Positions 41,139-53,360 of a stretch of DNA of 64,000 nt are shown piece after piece. The stretch comes from a virus. How positions within the stretch are numbered: position 1 is the stretch's first letter; each line of letters starts with the position of its first letter. The notes below the pieces were generated by a model. It saw only the letters and a program-made list of their open reading frames with translations, ran no database searches and was not told the DNA's origin. Position numbers and translations under genes: made by a program. The stretch lies in IMG/VR virus record IMGVR_UViG_3300022752_000026, positions 32,001 through 96,000 of that record; one strand, given 5' to 3'.

Positions 41139-44004
41139 TTTTCCTAATTCGCCTTCCTTAAACCAAGAATTTTCTTCTGGTGGAAATACTTGGCGTTGGA
41201 CTGGTTCTGTTTGGCAAGTTGTAAGAATTGTTCCTACTGGACCTACAGGTCCTCAGGGTATTCAAGGAGCGACAGGTCCAACTGGTGCAACAGGTCCTCA
41301 AGGGCAAGGTCTCACTGTTCTTGGTTCTTACAATACATATGCAGAACTTATTGCTGCTGACCCAACGGGCTCTGCGGGTGAGGCTTACATTGTTGCTGGT
41401 GATTTGTATGTGTGGAACGTTCTCAATAATACATGGACAGATGTAGGAAGCCTTCAAGGTCCTACAGGTCCTACAGGTGCTACAGGTCAACTTGGTCCTA
41501 CTGGTCCAGCAGTAACTGGTCCTACAGGTCCTACTGGTTCTACTGGACCACAAGGTGCATCAATCACAGTTAAGGGAAGTGTTGCTACTTCTGCAAATCT
41601 TCCTCCATCAGGAAACAACATCAATGACGCTTATATTGTCTTAGATGATGGTGATTTATATGTATGGACAGCGGCTTTATCTTGGTCAAACGTAGGACAA
41701 ATTGTTGGACCAACAGGACCTACAGGTCCTGGAGTTACTGGTCCTACTGGTCCAATCGGTCCTCAAGGAAAAGACTATCAATCAACTGATGGAACTGGCA
41801 TACCTACAGAAACTTATATTGGTGCTGGTGCTCCTACTGCTCCAACATCTGGAGATATTTGGTTTGATATTGATGACCTTGGGCCAAATGCATTTATTTA
41901 TGCTGGGGTTACTGCTCCAAATCCAGCAGACTTTTTATTCTGGGCATCTGAAAATGACCCAGTTGAAGAATTAATTTTTTCTGACCCAGAAGCACCTACA
42001 GGTCCACGATATGAAGGCGACTTGTGGATTGATGAAGACGATATTGATTTAGATTATTTATCTATCGGACCAACAGCACCACCAACAACTACTGCTCTTT
42101 GGGTTGATACATCTGAAGAAGAATTTTTAATTGGTGCTACTGGTCCAACTGGACCAACTGGACCACAAGGCGTTGCTGGACCTAGTGGAGGTCCTACAGG
42201 TGCAACTGGACCAATGGGTCCAACAGGTCCTACAGGGATGACAGGACTTACTGGAATGCCTGGTCCTGCTGGTAGCACAGGACCAACAGGTGCAACTGGA
42301 CCTGCTGGAACAAATGGAACTACTGGACCAACAGGTGCAACTGGAGCACTTGGGCCAACTGGTCCTAGTGGTGGACCTACTGGTCCTCAAGGAAATACTG
42401 GTCCTGCCGGACCGACTGGGCCAACTGGACCACAAGGTCTAAATGGTGCAAAAGGTGATACAGGAAATCAAGGACCTACGGGAGTTTCTGGTCCTACTGG
42501 ACCAGCCGGCGCTACAGGTCCTACAGGTGCAACGGGAGCAGCATCAACAGTAACTGGACCGACTGGTGCGACTGGTTTGACTGGTGCGACTGGTCCTACA
42601 GGTGCTCAAGGAATAACAGGACCTACAGGAGCAACGGGGCAAGCAACTCTTACTCGTTATCGTTATGTAGCAACTGCTGGACAGACAAGTATTTCTGGTA
42701 TTGATGCTAATGGACTGACTTTGTCTTACACATCTGGTCTTGAGCAGGTTTACATCAATGGTGTATTACAAACTCGTGGTCAAGATTATGTAGCAACAAA
42801 TGGAACATCTATTACTGGAATTCCTGCTTTAGCAGTAAATGATGAAATTGTTATTTTGACTATTGGTGGATTCAATGTTGCTGACACAATTCCACTATCA
42901 ACTATTGATGCTAAAGCAGATTTAGTAGTTGGAACTGCTGATAACGCTGTGACAAGACTTGGAGTTGGTTCAGACTTCAGCATATTGTTTGCAGATAGCA
43001 GCACTGTAAGCGGACTCCGCTGGGGAAGCACTTATCAAGTATCTGGAAAGAACCAACTGCTCAACGGAGACTACAGCGTGTGGCAGCGTGGTACTGGAAC
43101 ATTTACTTTGACTGCTCCAACTTTTGTAATGACTGCTGACCGCTGGCGTGCTGGAGGAAATGGAAACGTAACTCGTCAGTCTTTTGTAGTCGGAAACTCA
43201 ATTGTTGGATATGAGCCAGCATTTTTCTTACGCTACACAATTACATCAAATAGCCAAAACTACGAACTTATGAACCGCATGGAAGACGTAAGAACGCTTG
43301 CTGGTCAAGTAGCCACTGTCTCCTACTGGGCAAAACTATCTAGTGGCGTTGATACGCTTACAATTTTGCCTAGATTAGTTCAAGATTTTGGAACTGGTGG
43401 CTCTCCATCAGCAACTCTTCCTACAAACTTAAGCGTCCCAACTCTTACTACTTCGTGGCAAAGATTTACTTCAACTATTACAGTTCCTTCCATATCTGGA
43501 AAGACTTTAGGAACAAACAACGACTCAAGTTTGTATCTATCTTTCCAAGTATCTAATACAGGAACTGGAGCAGTAGATTTCTGGGGAGTGCAGGTAGAAC
43601 CAGGAAATACTGCAACTCCTTTTGTGACAAAGGGAGGCTCGTATGATGAAGAACTTTCTTTCTGTCAAAGATTCTACTATCGCCAGACTGCTCCAAGTGC
43701 TAACACTCGTTTTGCAATTGGAAATGCTACTTCAGCAACTAACGTATCAGGAACAGTAGTTCTTCCTACAACTATGAGAGTAGCGCCTACAGCGATTGAT
43801 TTCTCAACTCTTGGAGCATTTTCAAGTGGAGCAAATATTGCTATTACCGCAGCAACTCTTGATACAACAGCAGTAGGTCTTAATTCTGCTGCAATCAACT
43901 TTACTGTTGCTGCTGGCCTTACTCAGGATAGAACTTACTGGATTGTGGCCAACAACTCCACTAGCGGATTCCTTGGTATTAGCGCAGAGATTAGGAACGA
44001 ATAA
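41125..44004 (+). CDS. Collagen-like tail fibre with carbohydrate-binding-like C-terminal domain
   Basis: IDFPNSP module, GPT repeats, [13 protein letters not shown]...ADRW...VQVE.G..ATPF...CQRFY. Confidence 0.85.
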   Translation: MPAIDFPNSPSLNQEFSSGGNTWRWTGSVWQVVRIVPTGPTGPQGIQGATGPTGATGPQGQGLTVLGSYNTYAELIAADPTGSAGEAYIVAGDLYVWNVLNNTWTDVGSLQGPTGPTGATGQLGPTGPAVTGPTGPTGSTGPQGASITVKGSVATSANLPPSGNNINDAYIVLDDGDLYVWTAALSWSNVGQIVGPTGPTGPGVTGPTGPIGPQGKDYQSTDGTGIPTETYIGAGAPTAPTSGDIWFDIDDLGPNAFIYAGVTAPNPADFLFWASENDPVEELIFSDPEAPTGPRYEGDLWIDEDDIDLDYLSIGPTAPPTTTALWVDTSEEEFLIGATGPTGPTGPQGVAGPSGGPTGATGPMGPTGPTGMTGLTGMPGPAGSTGPTGATGPAGTNGTTGPTGATGALGPTGPSGGPTGPQGNTGPAGPTGPTGPQGLNGAKGDTGNQGPTGVSGPTGPAGATGPTGATGAASTVTGPTGATGLTGATGPTGAQGITGPTGATGQATLTRYRYVATAGQTSISGIDANGLTLSYTSGLEQVYINGVLQTRGQDYVATNGTSITGIPALAVNDEIVILTIGGFNVADTIPLSTIDAKADLVVGTADNAVTRLGVGSDFSILFADSSTVSGLRWGSTYQVSGKNQLLNGDYSVWQRGTGTFTLTAPTFVMTADRWRAGGNGNVTRQSFVVGNSIVGYEPAFFLRYTITSNSQNYELMNRMEDVRTLAGQVATVSYWAKLSSGVDTLTILPRLVQDFGTGGSPSATLPTNLSVPTLTTSWQRFTSTITVPSISGKTLGTNNDSSLYLSFQVSNTGTGAVDFWGVQVEPGNTATPFVTKGGSYDEELSFCQRFYYRQTAPSANTRFAIGNATSATNVSGTVVLPTTMRVAPTAIDFSTLGAFSSGANIAITAATLDTTAVGLNSAAINFTVAAGLTQDRTYWIVANNSTSGFLGISAEIRNE

Positions 44005-44636
44005 TGACTAGAGCAAGAGATATTGCTAGCCAAATAACAAACTTAAGTTATGTAAGCAATGGAGCCAACTGGGTTGACCCAGTGCATATTGAGCCATTTT
44101 CTAAAGGTTTATTAATGCTGGCTGGTGCTGGTGGAGTTGCTACTTTTTCAACAGCAAATCGTTCTATGCTGTTATTTCAAGCAGATAAAACCTTAACAAT
44201 CAGCAATCTCAGCATCTGGGTTACTACTGCTGGTGCTTTAGTTTCTCCTACTTACGCAAAACTTGCTTTGTATACCTACAACCCAACTCCAAATACTGCT
44301 ACTTTGGTGGCTAGAACAGCAAATGACACAACTATGATGACTGCTGCTGGCTTAAAAACCATTCCACTAAGCATCACTGGAGGCTATCCAGCAACATATA
44401 CGATAAATGCTGGAACAACCTACGGCTTTGTGATTCTTACAGATGGAACAAGTGCTGGAAGCGTTTTAGGACTAAGCACCACAACCCTTCCAACTTTACT
44501 TTTGAACTCATATTTGACTGGTGGCTCTCCTGCTTCTGGAATTCCTTTTGGAGGACAGACAACAGCAGCAGATACCCCAACTCCTGTCAACCTGTCTGCG
44601 TTAGCAACTGGATACCCATGGTTCAGGCTTTCATAA
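44004..44636 (+). CDS. Putative structural protein
   Basis: MTRARDIA start, beta-rich, within fibre cluster. Confidence 0.65.
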   Translation: MTRARDIASQITNLSYVSNGANWVDPVHIEPFSKGLLMLAGAGGVATFSTANRSMLLFQADKTLTISNLSIWVTTAGALVSPTYAKLALYTYNPTPNTATLVARTANDTTMMTAAGLKTIPLSITGGYPATYTINAGTTYGFVILTDGTSAGSVLGLSTTTLPTLLLNSYLTGGSPASGIPFGGQTTAADTPTPVNLSALATGYPWFRLS

Positions 44637-44701
44637 GACTCATTGAAACAAAAATACGATAATATATGGAGGCTACTTGTGTTAAGGTCTAGGAGCAATC
44701 A

Positions 44702-45238
44702 ATGTCATTAAAACGCTGGACAGGCTCTCAATGGGTCGTTGTTGCAGGTTCACGTCCAGGTGCTCAAGGTCCCGCTGGAGCAACTGGACCAACTGGTCCT
44801 ACTGGTGCTGCTGGTACTAATGGTGCCAATGGTGCTACGGGTCCTACAGGCGCCGCTGGTGTTGCTGGAACTCGTGGTAGCAAGATTTATACAGGAAACT
44901 CAACCCCTGAGGCTGCTGGACTAACAAACGTCCTTGAGGGAGATAACTACTTTAGAGTTTCAAATGGAGATTATTTTGCCTATAGCGTTCTTTCTGGATG
45001 GGTAATTCAGGGGAATATCAAAGGCGCAAATGGTGCTACTGGACCAACAGGTTCAGCAGGTCCAGTCGGTCCTACAGGTCCTGCTGGAACAACTGGCGAC
45101 ACAAACCGTATCAACATCATTGAAATGAATCAATTGTTGAATCTCGGCCTGTTTGGTGCCACAACTGGAAGCACAACCACTAATATTACTAACGTAGGTC
45201 TAACGGCGGGCAGCGTTCTTGCGCTGGCTCTTCTATAA
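44702..45238 (+). CDS. Short collagen-like protein
   Basis: LKRWTGSQW, GXX repeats, W...GNIKG. Confidence 0.75.
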   Translation: MSLKRWTGSQWVVVAGSRPGAQGPAGATGPTGPTGAAGTNGANGATGPTGAAGVAGTRGSKIYTGNSTPEAAGLTNVLEGDNYFRVSNGDYFAYSVLSGWVIQGNIKGANGATGPTGSAGPVGPTGPAGTTGDTNRINIIEMNQLLNLGLFGATTGSTTTNITNVGLTAGSVLALALL

Positions 45239-45255
45239 GAGGCGAGGATAACTAA

Positions 45256-48200
45256 ATGGCAAGACGAGTAATTAAAGGTACGGATTACACATTTAATCCG
45301 GCAACGAGGACGATAGTCATTCCTGCCTTCCTTCTTGAAGAGCGTTTGATGCTTATTACAAACGTCACTACTGGAACAGTGATTTATAACTTTGCTGACC
45401 CTACTCTTGGATTTACTAGTTGGTCTTATATTGGAGACCCAACAAACCCAAAGACTCAAGTAGTTCTTGAATACAACACAGCGTCAATGAGTTCAACAGA
45501 CTTATTACAGATTATGGTTGATGAGTTCAACGAACAAATTACTTATTCAGATACTCTTCTTGATGCTGTTGAAAAAGTTCGTACCGCATCTCCTCAATCT
45601 TTGATGGATACAGACTTTGAATATTCAGTTCAGCCATCTAAGTGGGAAGCGCTATTTATGGCGTGTAACTATCCTTCGTTCTTCTCTAAAACTTCTGGTG
45701 GTAACTCTTTTGACGTTTCTTTGGTTCAAGGAAATGGTGCTGGACCTCGTTCATTAGTAACTGTTACAACAACAACCCTTCATAACCTTCAAATTGGAAA
45801 CGTAATCAGCATCCAAGATACACTAAACTTTCGTGCTGAAGGAACATTTATTGTTAACTCAACACCAACTCCGTTTACTTTTACATATTTTGCTCGTGGA
45901 TTAGTTGATGGTGTGATTAATATTTCAAATAACACTACTGTATACGGTGGAGACGTTTACGATAACGCTCATATTCCTGGTGGAACAGCATCTCTTGGAA
46001 CTCTTGTCGGGTTCTCCGCTGCTGCTGATGGAGGAAATCCAACAACAGTAACAATTACTACTCCAAATCCTCATGGCTTATATCCTGGTATTCCGATTAT
46101 GATTAATAACACCAGTGGTATCAACGGTAACTGGATTATTAAAGATGTTTTGACCCCTACATCATTTACATTCCAAATTTTAGATACAGTAGTTACATCT
46201 GCTGGAACATCTTCTTCTTCTATTTTGTATACCAAACCAGAAGGATATATTCAGCATCGTCCACTAGATGGTGGCGTGTCTTTAACTACTCTTGGAAATG
46301 CTATTGGTCTTCAAACAATTCGTCAGACTCGTCGTTATTTCCGTTATCAATCTGGTAAAGCAATTCAATTTTCAACCGGTGCCAAATTCACTCCAACCTA
46401 TGACGTTGTTACTATGTCTGGCTCTGGAGTTACAACTACTGGAGTAAAAACAGTAACTGTTACAACTCTACAAGACCACGGCATGCAGCCAGGAGCAAGT
46501 ATTCTTGTTGAAGGGACTACGCTTTCAACTGGAGCAACAAGTCCTTACAACGGAACATTTATTGTAACTAGCGTTTCTGGTTCAAATACTTTTACTTATT
46601 CAATGACTTTGGCGTCTGCTCTACAGGCTCAAGATGCAACTCCTGGTGGAGTAAACATTTTTATCACTGTTACAAAGTGGAAAGGCGCTGCCACCAGAAC
46701 TGGTATGTATGACGAGCAAAATGGTTTTTATTTTGAATACGATGGCGAATGGATGTATGCAGTTCGTCGTTTTTCAAACAAAGAAATTGGTGGAACTGTA
46801 AACGTAACAGCAAATAGTGGACTTATCACAGGAAACAACACTCAATTTAGACGTCAACTTCTTATTGGCGACAAAATTGTAATTCGTGGTCAGTCATATC
46901 AAATTTCTGCAATTGATAGCGACACAACAATGTATGTCTCTCCAGCATATCGTGGAACAACTGGTTCTTTTGTCCGAGTCTGTAAAACTCAAGAAATCAG
47001 AATTCGCTCTGATGAATGGAACCAAGACAAGATGGATGGTCGCGGTCCTGGCGGATACCTTCTAGATGTAAATAAAATGCAAATGGTCTATATTGACTAT
47101 ACATGGTACGGAGCAGGATATATTCGTTGGGGGTTCCGTGCTATTCGCGGAGACATTGTCTATGTCCATCGTATGGCAAACAACAATATTAACACTGCTG
47201 CTTATCAGCGCTCAGGAAACCTTCCTGCTCGCTACGAAGTAATCAACGAGCCAAAGCGTGCTCGTTTGGTTGGTGGAGCAACTGTTACTTATGCGTCAAC
47301 TTTGAATCCAAACGATACGACCATGTATCTTGACGAAGTAAAAGAATGGCCTACAAGTGGATATGCTCTTATTCGTAACAGCAACGCAAATGAACTTGTT
47401 CAATATACCGCTATTGGAGCATACAACTCCACTATGCGTGGTTATCCAGTAACTATTGTTCGTCGTCAGACTTTCCCTATTTACTTCCCAGGGCAAGTAG
47501 TTGTTCTTGGTGGTGGAATAACTAGTTCAACGGCATTTAGTCCAGATGTAACTCTTGGCGGTTCTGGAACGTCTCAGGTTGCCGTGATTGCACTAAGTCA
47601 GACCTGCGCCCCCCAAATCAGCCACTGGGGTTCATCTGTAATTATGGATGGTCGTTTTGACTCAGATGCTGAATATGTCTTTACCGCTGGTATGACTAAG
47701 CGTCTTTCTATTCCAAACGGTGTAACTAGACCTCTTATGGCAGTTCGTCTTGCTCCATCTGTAGATAACGCTGTAGCAAGAAACTTTGGTATCCGAGAAC
47801 TTATCAACCGCATGCAGATGCGTTTGGTTTCTGTTGGTGTGTCAACTAACGGACAGTTCTTAATTTCAGGATTTTTGAATCCAGGAACACTTTCATATGC
47901 TCAGCACGGAAGCGCTGCATTCAATACTTCTAAAACAAACAATGGTGGTATTTCTTTAGGAGCAACCCAAATTCTTCTAAATGATATTCAAAATATTTCT
48001 GTAGGTATGACCATTATTTCTGGACCAACAGGTATACCAGTTGGAGCAGTTGTTGTTGCTATTAGCGGTCTCACCGTAACTCTTTCTTCTCCAGTTACTA
48101 CTGGTTTTGCTAATGGACAGACCATCGTATTCGGTGGAGTTCGTGCTTACTTAGGACTTCCAACAGATTGGGACCGCGAGCGTGTTGGCGCTGGTTCTCT

Positions 48201-48525
48201 ATCTCAGGTGCTTTACTTTGATAATACTGGACCTATTGGTGGAATTGTTCCTGCTTCTAATGCTCCATCTGGTGCTTTAACAGGTGGTGACGCGGTGTTC
48301 TCCTTCTACTCAGAAAACGGTGGTGGTGGAACAAACTTCAACGTTACCTCGTATGACTTGAAGGCAATCCGTGAACTTGGAAACTCAATCCTGAGTGGAA
48401 ACGGAAACCCATCAAGCCCTTCATATCCAAATGGCCCGGACGTTCTAGTTATTACAGCAACTAACATTGGAACAACATCAGCCGACGTTGCTGCTCGTAT
48501 CTCTTGGACCGAGGCACAGGCATAA
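45256..48525 (+). CDS. Large virion structural protein (baseplate/fibre-like)
   Basis: YTFNP...LITNVT..VIYNF N-terminus; DTDFEY..QP.KWE; RRYFRYQSGK; YTWYGAG.IRWG. Confidence 0.75.
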   Translation: MARRVIKGTDYTFNPATRTIVIPAFLLEERLMLITNVTTGTVIYNFADPTLGFTSWSYIGDPTNPKTQVVLEYNTASMSSTDLLQIMVDEFNEQITYSDTLLDAVEKVRTASPQSLMDTDFEYSVQPSKWEALFMACNYPSFFSKTSGGNSFDVSLVQGNGAGPRSLVTVTTTTLHNLQIGNVISIQDTLNFRAEGTFIVNSTPTPFTFTYFARGLVDGVINISNNTTVYGGDVYDNAHIPGGTASLGTLVGFSAAADGGNPTTVTITTPNPHGLYPGIPIMINNTSGINGNWIIKDVLTPTSFTFQILDTVVTSAGTSSSSILYTKPEGYIQHRPLDGGVSLTTLGNAIGLQTIRQTRRYFRYQSGKAIQFSTGAKFTPTYDVVTMSGSGVTTTGVKTVTVTTLQDHGMQPGASILVEGTTLSTGATSPYNGTFIVTSVSGSNTFTYSMTLASALQAQDATPGGVNIFITVTKWKGAATRTGMYDEQNGFYFEYDGEWMYAVRRFSNKEIGGTVNVTANSGLITGNNTQFRRQLLIGDKIVIRGQSYQISAIDSDTTMYVSPAYRGTTGSFVRVCKTQEIRIRSDEWNQDKMDGRGPGGYLLDVNKMQMVYIDYTWYGAGYIRWGFRAIRGDIVYVHRMANNNINTAAYQRSGNLPARYEVINEPKRARLVGGATVTYASTLNPNDTTMYLDEVKEWPTSGYALIRNSNANELVQYTAIGAYNSTMRGYPVTIVRRQTFPIYFPGQVVVLGGGITSSTAFSPDVTLGGSGTSQVAVIALSQTCAPQISHWGSSVIMDGRFDSDAEYVFTAGMTKRLSIPNGVTRPLMAVRLAPSVDNAVARNFGIRELINRMQMRLVSVGVSTNGQFLISGFLNPGTLSYAQHGSAAFNTSKTNNGGISLGATQILLNDIQNISVGMTIISGPTGIPVGAVVVAISGLTVTLSSPVTTGFANGQTIVFGGVRAYLGLPTDWDRERVGAGSLSQVLYFDNTGPIGGIVPASNAPSGALTGGDAVFSFYSENGGGGTNFNVTSYDLKAIRELGNSILSGNGNPSSPSYPNGPDVLVITATNIGTTSADVAARISWTEAQA

Positions 48526-48592
48526 TGTTTGATATGAAAAGAACGCTTATTACAAAAAATGATAGAATTTACAGTCAAGGAATGGAGCAATA

Positions 48593-48931
48593 ATGCCTAG
48601 TTATGATAGCCTCAATACGCAAATTGATGCGGTAAAATCTGAAATCACTGCTAGCCTCAATGCTAGCACTTATACTGCCCAAGATTTGGTTTTTGTTTCT
48701 AAGGCATTAGAAACCCTTGGAAGCCTACTTGGAGTAAATGACATTGTTGCAGCAACTGCTGCTCAGGTGTCTTCAATAACTTCTGCTGGCACCACACAGG
48801 TGACGGCAGTAAACAGCGCTGGAACGACTCAGGTTGCGGCAGTCAACTCAGCGGGTAATACAAAAATCGCAACTATTAGCGCACTCGCGGCTAATATTGA
48901 AATCAACTCATACATGGGAGTGTTAGCATAA
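48593..48931 (+). CDS. Putative structural protein
   Basis: SAGTTQV.AVN repeats; GGAG SD. Confidence 0.65.
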   Translation: MPSYDSLNTQIDAVKSEITASLNASTYTAQDLVFVSKALETLGSLLGVNDIVAATAAQVSSITSAGTTQVTAVNSAGTTQVAAVNSAGNTKIATISALAANIEINSYMGVLA

Positions 48932-49266
48932 TGCCAACTACAGCAGCAAAACTCTTCAGAGGCGCGGCAACCACAAGCGGAGTCACTGCTTACTCCACCG
49001 TACCTGCTGGGGGACAGACAATCGTAACTAACATTGTCGCAGCAAATAAGACCGCTACAGTGGTCACTTTGACTGTTCAGTTTGGAACTGGTGGCTATAA
49101 TTCAGCCACTGCTTTCAATTTCTGCAATGGTCTACAAATTCCAGCAAATGGAACAGTAAATTTTGACATCCGTCAAGTTATGACAGGGTCAGACGCAATT
49201 TACGTTGCAGCATCTTCAAACAGTGCCATTGACGTAATGGTATCTGGCGTAGAAGTCACAGCGTAG
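48931..49266 (+). CDS. Putative structural protein
   Basis: Y.TVPAG..TIVTNI..AN...SGVE small beta protein. Confidence 0.7.
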   Translation: MPTTAAKLFRGAATTSGVTAYSTVPAGGQTIVTNIVAANKTATVVTLTVQFGTGGYNSATAFNFCNGLQIPANGTVNFDIRQVMTGSDAIYVAASSNSAIDVMVSGVEVTA

Positions 49267-49296
49267 TAAGACAAGAGAGCGAGAGGCTAAAGAACA

Positions 49297-52200
49297 ATGG
49301 CTATTTCAGGTAGCAAAGACCTTATTGTATTTCCTAACGACAACTCTGGACGCTTCTCAATCAAAGAAGTCCAGTACACAGCGAATGGAACATTTACTGT
49401 GCCAACTGGTGTTACTGCTGTAGAAGTTGTTGCAGTCGGTGGCGGTGGCGGTGGCGGTGGCGGAAATGATGCTGCTGCTGGTGGCGGTGGCGGTGGCGGA
49501 CAAGTAGTTCGTCGTAACGTCAACGTAACCCCAGGAACCACTTATAACGTAGCAATTGGCGCAGGTGGACATGGCGGTCAGGGTGCAATTATTTCAGCAA
49601 CTGACAACGTAAACACTCAACCTGGCGGAATTGGTGGAACCACAACATTTGGTGGCTCTGCTCCAGTAAACCTATTGATGAACCCAAGTTACGCTAAAGG
49701 TGTAACTCTTTGGGAAGCAAATAATATTCAGCAACTTCAAAAATCAGCAACAGGAACTTCTGGACTAACAACAATTATTGTTAACCCAGACAACACTGGT
49801 ATTCAGGTTGGTATGTTTGTGTCTGGTTCTGGTATTGGTGCAAACGCAGTTGTTTCATCAATCTCTGGAACAACTATTACTTTGACCGTTGCTAACTCAG
49901 GAACTGTTTCTGTAGGTACTACAGTCACATTCAACTTACAGTCAAGCCGTGTTACAACCACCTCGTTGGTGTATAACGACAACATTGCTCTGTCTGCATC
50001 ATTAGGTGCTACACAGTCAAATAACGTAATTCAAGCACAATATGCTCAGATGGAAGACCTTGGCCTTAGCGGTGGCTCTTCTTTCGTTCTTGATACTCTT
50101 GGAAATATTTCAGCAGCGGTTCTTTCAAACCCATATACCAAACTTGCTGAAATGGTCTCTCCAACAGAAATTTCTGGAACTACTGTAGGTGCTAACGCAC
50201 TCCAGTGCGTAAACTCATCTGCTGGTGCTCGTCTTGTAGGTCTATCAACCTCTGCTGCTGGTGCTCTAAGCAACAATGGAACAACTGGTTTTGCTTATGA
50301 CCCAAACGTAAACTACACAGTTTCTGCTTATGTGTATCACACAAATCCATCCCCACAGAACTTGATTGTTCAACTTCGTATTGGAGATGGAACTAACTTC
50401 CCAGGAAACAACCAAGGAACATCAAACGGAACAGGAACTGTTTATTCAGCAGTTAGCCCTTCTGCTGGTGGCTACCATGTTGCTCAGCAGACAGTAACCG
50501 TACCACTTGCTGGATACGGCGGGTCTGTGACTAAGACAATTTCTGGAACTAGCGGACAAACATTTATTACCGTTGATAATGCTGACGGTCTGTTCTTCGG
50601 TCAGACAGTTTCTGGAACTGGTGTTGCTGTAGGTGCAACAATTACAAGCATCTCTGGAACAACAATCAACCTCAGCCTTGCTAACAGCGGTTCTGTATCA
50701 GGAACCGGAACATTCGTTCACTCTGGAATTTTCTCTGGAGCATGGCGTCGTGTTTCAGCAACATTCTCTGGTCTACCAACATATGCTACTGGTCTAACCG
50801 CTAAGTGGGCATATGTAGGATTCCTAATTCCAGCAAACACAACTATGCACATTGATAACGTTCAGGTTGAAACAGGTTCTTCTCCTTCAGCATGGCGTCC
50901 ACCAACATATGAAACTGGTCTAGGACTTCGTCTATTATCAACAGATACAACCAGCGAAAATATGGAAGTTTCACATGACTGGGTTAAAGCAACTCCTGGT
51001 GTTCAATACACAGGTTCTGTTTATGCCTGGGCATGGAAGGAATATCGCACATCTTCTGCTTATCTTGAGTTCTATGACATTGACCAAAACTTAATTGGCT
51101 CAAGAACTAACGGAACAACAATTTTTGTTCCTGTAACTGCAACTAAGATGGGTTCATCTACACAGGCTCAATCAACTGCTGGAAAGCGTATGAGCGCTAC
51201 AGCAACAGCGCCTGGAACTGCTGCTTATGTTCGTTTTGGTGTTCAGTTCAATAACGCCGCAAATAACAATACAGGTGGTCAGGAACCAGAGTTCTATCTT
51301 GCTTACGCACAGTTAGAAGTTGGCTCTACCCCAACCTTCTACAAGGATGGAAACACCACCGGCTTCACATGGGCTGGCGAGTCTCACTATTCAACAACAA
51401 TTACTTCTCCTCTAGTTGCTGCTAAAGGTGGCGGAGGTGGAGGAACTTATAACTCTAACTTCCGTTTCTGGCAGTTTGGTCTTCCTGGTGCAAACTATGG
51501 TGGACATGCAACAACCAACTCACCTACCTCTCCAACATATGCTGGAGGTGGAGGTGGAGCAGGTTCTGCTGGAGCAAATGCTATTGCTTACTATGCTGCT
51601 GTATCAGGTGGTAATACTACTACTGGATATGGTTCATCTGGTTCTACACAACTTCAGTTCATTCCACAAAATGGAAACCTTGGAGGATATGCGGTTACAG
51701 GTAGTAACGTAAACATTCCTCACTACGGTGGAGATGGTGGTCTAGGTGTTGATGTGAATGGAGCAGGAACACTTGACCAGCACTACCTCGGTGGAGGTGG
51801 CGGTGGAGGCGGATGGAATACATTCGCACAGGCTGGCTTCAACAACCCTGGCCGTGGAAACGGTGGCGGTGGTAAGGGTGGACATACATACCTTGCTTAT
51901 CTAACAGGTATTGAATCTGGCTCACTTATCACTGACATCTACTCTCGTGGATTTGATGGAACACCTAATACTGGCGGTGGCGGTGGTGGAGCAGGTTCAA
52001 ACGGAAACAACTCTCCGTTGACCCTTGCTACACATAACGCATCTCAGTTCTTAACATTTGAAAACAACTCGTTGACTGACCTCAACCGTTGGAACCCAGA
52101 TTACAACTGCTCTATCGCAATTTCTGCAACAACTCCAGCATATGGAAGTTTTATGCTAAGGGCTACTGTTCAAGATGCTGGAAACATCCGTGTAAAGACC

Positions 52201-52626
52201 TCTTGGTCAGATTTCCCAATCTTGCCTAGAACACAACTTTATTTCTCTGGATTTGCTTTCCGTCTTGGTTCAACAAACACCAACCCTGGAACTCCAAATA
52301 TTGGAACTAAGGTTGCTCGTCCAGTAGTTATCTGGCTTGACATCAACAAGCGTGTTATCCGCGAAGACCGTCCTTCTACAAACGCAACTTTGGTTGCTGG
52401 TTCTTGGACAAAAGATGTTGCTAACACAATGCAGGTATGGCAGCCATCATTGGCTCCAGCATCTGCCGCATACTTCCAGGTTGCTGTTGAAGCGCTATTC
52501 ATGTCAGGTGGAGACACCCTTGATATTGACTTCAACACACTTCAGTACTATCCATACGTTTCTAACGGTGGAAATGGTGCAGATGGAACTGTTATTATCC
52601 GTTACGCAGAGAAGTTCACAGCGTAG
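49297..52626 (+). CDS. Glycine-rich tail/receptor-binding protein with CBM-like inserts
   Basis: GTFTVP.GVT.VEV..VGGGGGG ... G.G..G.VIIRY frame; W.RVS.T and QLE.G..P motifs. Confidence 0.8.
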   Translation: MAISGSKDLIVFPNDNSGRFSIKEVQYTANGTFTVPTGVTAVEVVAVGGGGGGGGGNDAAAGGGGGGGQVVRRNVNVTPGTTYNVAIGAGGHGGQGAIISATDNVNTQPGGIGGTTTFGGSAPVNLLMNPSYAKGVTLWEANNIQQLQKSATGTSGLTTIIVNPDNTGIQVGMFVSGSGIGANAVVSSISGTTITLTVANSGTVSVGTTVTFNLQSSRVTTTSLVYNDNIALSASLGATQSNNVIQAQYAQMEDLGLSGGSSFVLDTLGNISAAVLSNPYTKLAEMVSPTEISGTTVGANALQCVNSSAGARLVGLSTSAAGALSNNGTTGFAYDPNVNYTVSAYVYHTNPSPQNLIVQLRIGDGTNFPGNNQGTSNGTGTVYSAVSPSAGGYHVAQQTVTVPLAGYGGSVTKTISGTSGQTFITVDNADGLFFGQTVSGTGVAVGATITSISGTTINLSLANSGSVSGTGTFVHSGIFSGAWRRVSATFSGLPTYATGLTAKWAYVGFLIPANTTMHIDNVQVETGSSPSAWRPPTYETGLGLRLLSTDTTSENMEVSHDWVKATPGVQYTGSVYAWAWKEYRTSSAYLEFYDIDQNLIGSRTNGTTIFVPVTATKMGSSTQAQSTAGKRMSATATAPGTAAYVRFGVQFNNAANNNTGGQEPEFYLAYAQLEVGSTPTFYKDGNTTGFTWAGESHYSTTITSPLVAAKGGGGGGTYNSNFRFWQFGLPGANYGGHATTNSPTSPTYAGGGGGAGSAGANAIAYYAAVSGGNTTTGYGSSGSTQLQFIPQNGNLGGYAVTGSNVNIPHYGGDGGLGVDVNGAGTLDQHYLGGGGGGGGWNTFAQAGFNNPGRGNGGGGKGGHTYLAYLTGIESGSLITDIYSRGFDGTPNTGGGGGGAGSNGNNSPLTLATHNASQFLTFENNSLTDLNRWNPDYNCSIAISATTPAYGSFMLRATVQDAGNIRVKTSWSDFPILPRTQLYFSGFAFRLGSTNTNPGTPNIGTKVARPVVIWLDINKRVIREDRPSTNATLVAGSWTKDVANTMQVWQPSLAPASAAYFQVAVEALFMSGGDTLDIDFNTLQYYPYVSNGGNGADGTVIIRYAEKFTA

Positions 52627-52647
52627 TAGGAATAGGAGAGGATACAA

Positions 52648-52956
52648 ATGAGAAAATTCGCTCTTATCGGAGGCGGCAAAGTTGCTAACGTTGTCGTTGC
52701 CGAAAATGCATCAACAATTGGCCCAATGGCAGATGCCTTTGTTGTCGTTGATATTACTGATATGGAGCCAGCACCTTCTACAGGTTCTTCTTATGATTTG
52801 AAGACCAAGAAGTTTGCTCCAGCAGTACCAGATAACATGCAATCACTACTAACTGGAGATGTTCTTGTCTTTGAAACACCAACAACTCCAGCACCATCAG
52901 CGCCTAAGGCTTCTACAAAGAAGAAGTCTGCTGACGAGACACCTGCGGAGGAATAA
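52648..52956 (+). CDS. Tail-fibre-associated small protein
   Basis: FALI..GKV.NVVVA...G.SYD....F motif. Confidence 0.65.
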   Translation: MRKFALIGGGKVANVVVAENASTIGPMADAFVVVDITDMEPAPSTGSSYDLKTKKFAPAVPDNMQSLLTGDVLVFETPTTPAPSAPKASTKKKSADETPAEE

Positions 52957-52959
52957 ACA

Positions 52960-53349
52960 ATGCCAATTACAATGTCACCTCAGGTGCTAACCGCATCTCA
53001 GGATGCCTACATCACTCAGGGAGTCACGGCCCGTCTTCAGACCTTGTCTGGAGCAGCGGCATCTGGCTCTGTATCAATCAGCGTCATTGACTACCCCGTA
53101 ACGGTTTTGTCAGCACAAACTAGTTCTTCTACAGTATCGTTTACAAACGTTCCATCAAACTATGCAAATACTTGGTGGGTAGAAATTGCTGGTCGTGGAG
53201 CAAACACTGTTACATTTACTGGAGTCACATGGGATGGCGGCTCTGCCCCATCTTTTGCTGCTGGAACTGCTAAAAGCGTAGTAGAGTTTTATAGCCGTGA
53301 CGGTGGAAGCACTATTTATGGTGTTCTTCGTTTTGCTAACGTTGCCTAG
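52960..53349 (+). CDS. Putative structural protein
   Basis: V.W.GG.AP...FY..DGG.T.YG. Confidence 0.7.
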   Translation: MPITMSPQVLTASQDAYITQGVTARLQTLSGAAASGSVSISVIDYPVTVLSAQTSSSTVSFTNVPSNYANTWWVEIAGRGANTVTFTGVTWDGGSAPSFAAGTAKSVVEFYSRDGGSTIYGVLRFANVA

Positions 53350-53360
53350 TTCGTTCTAAT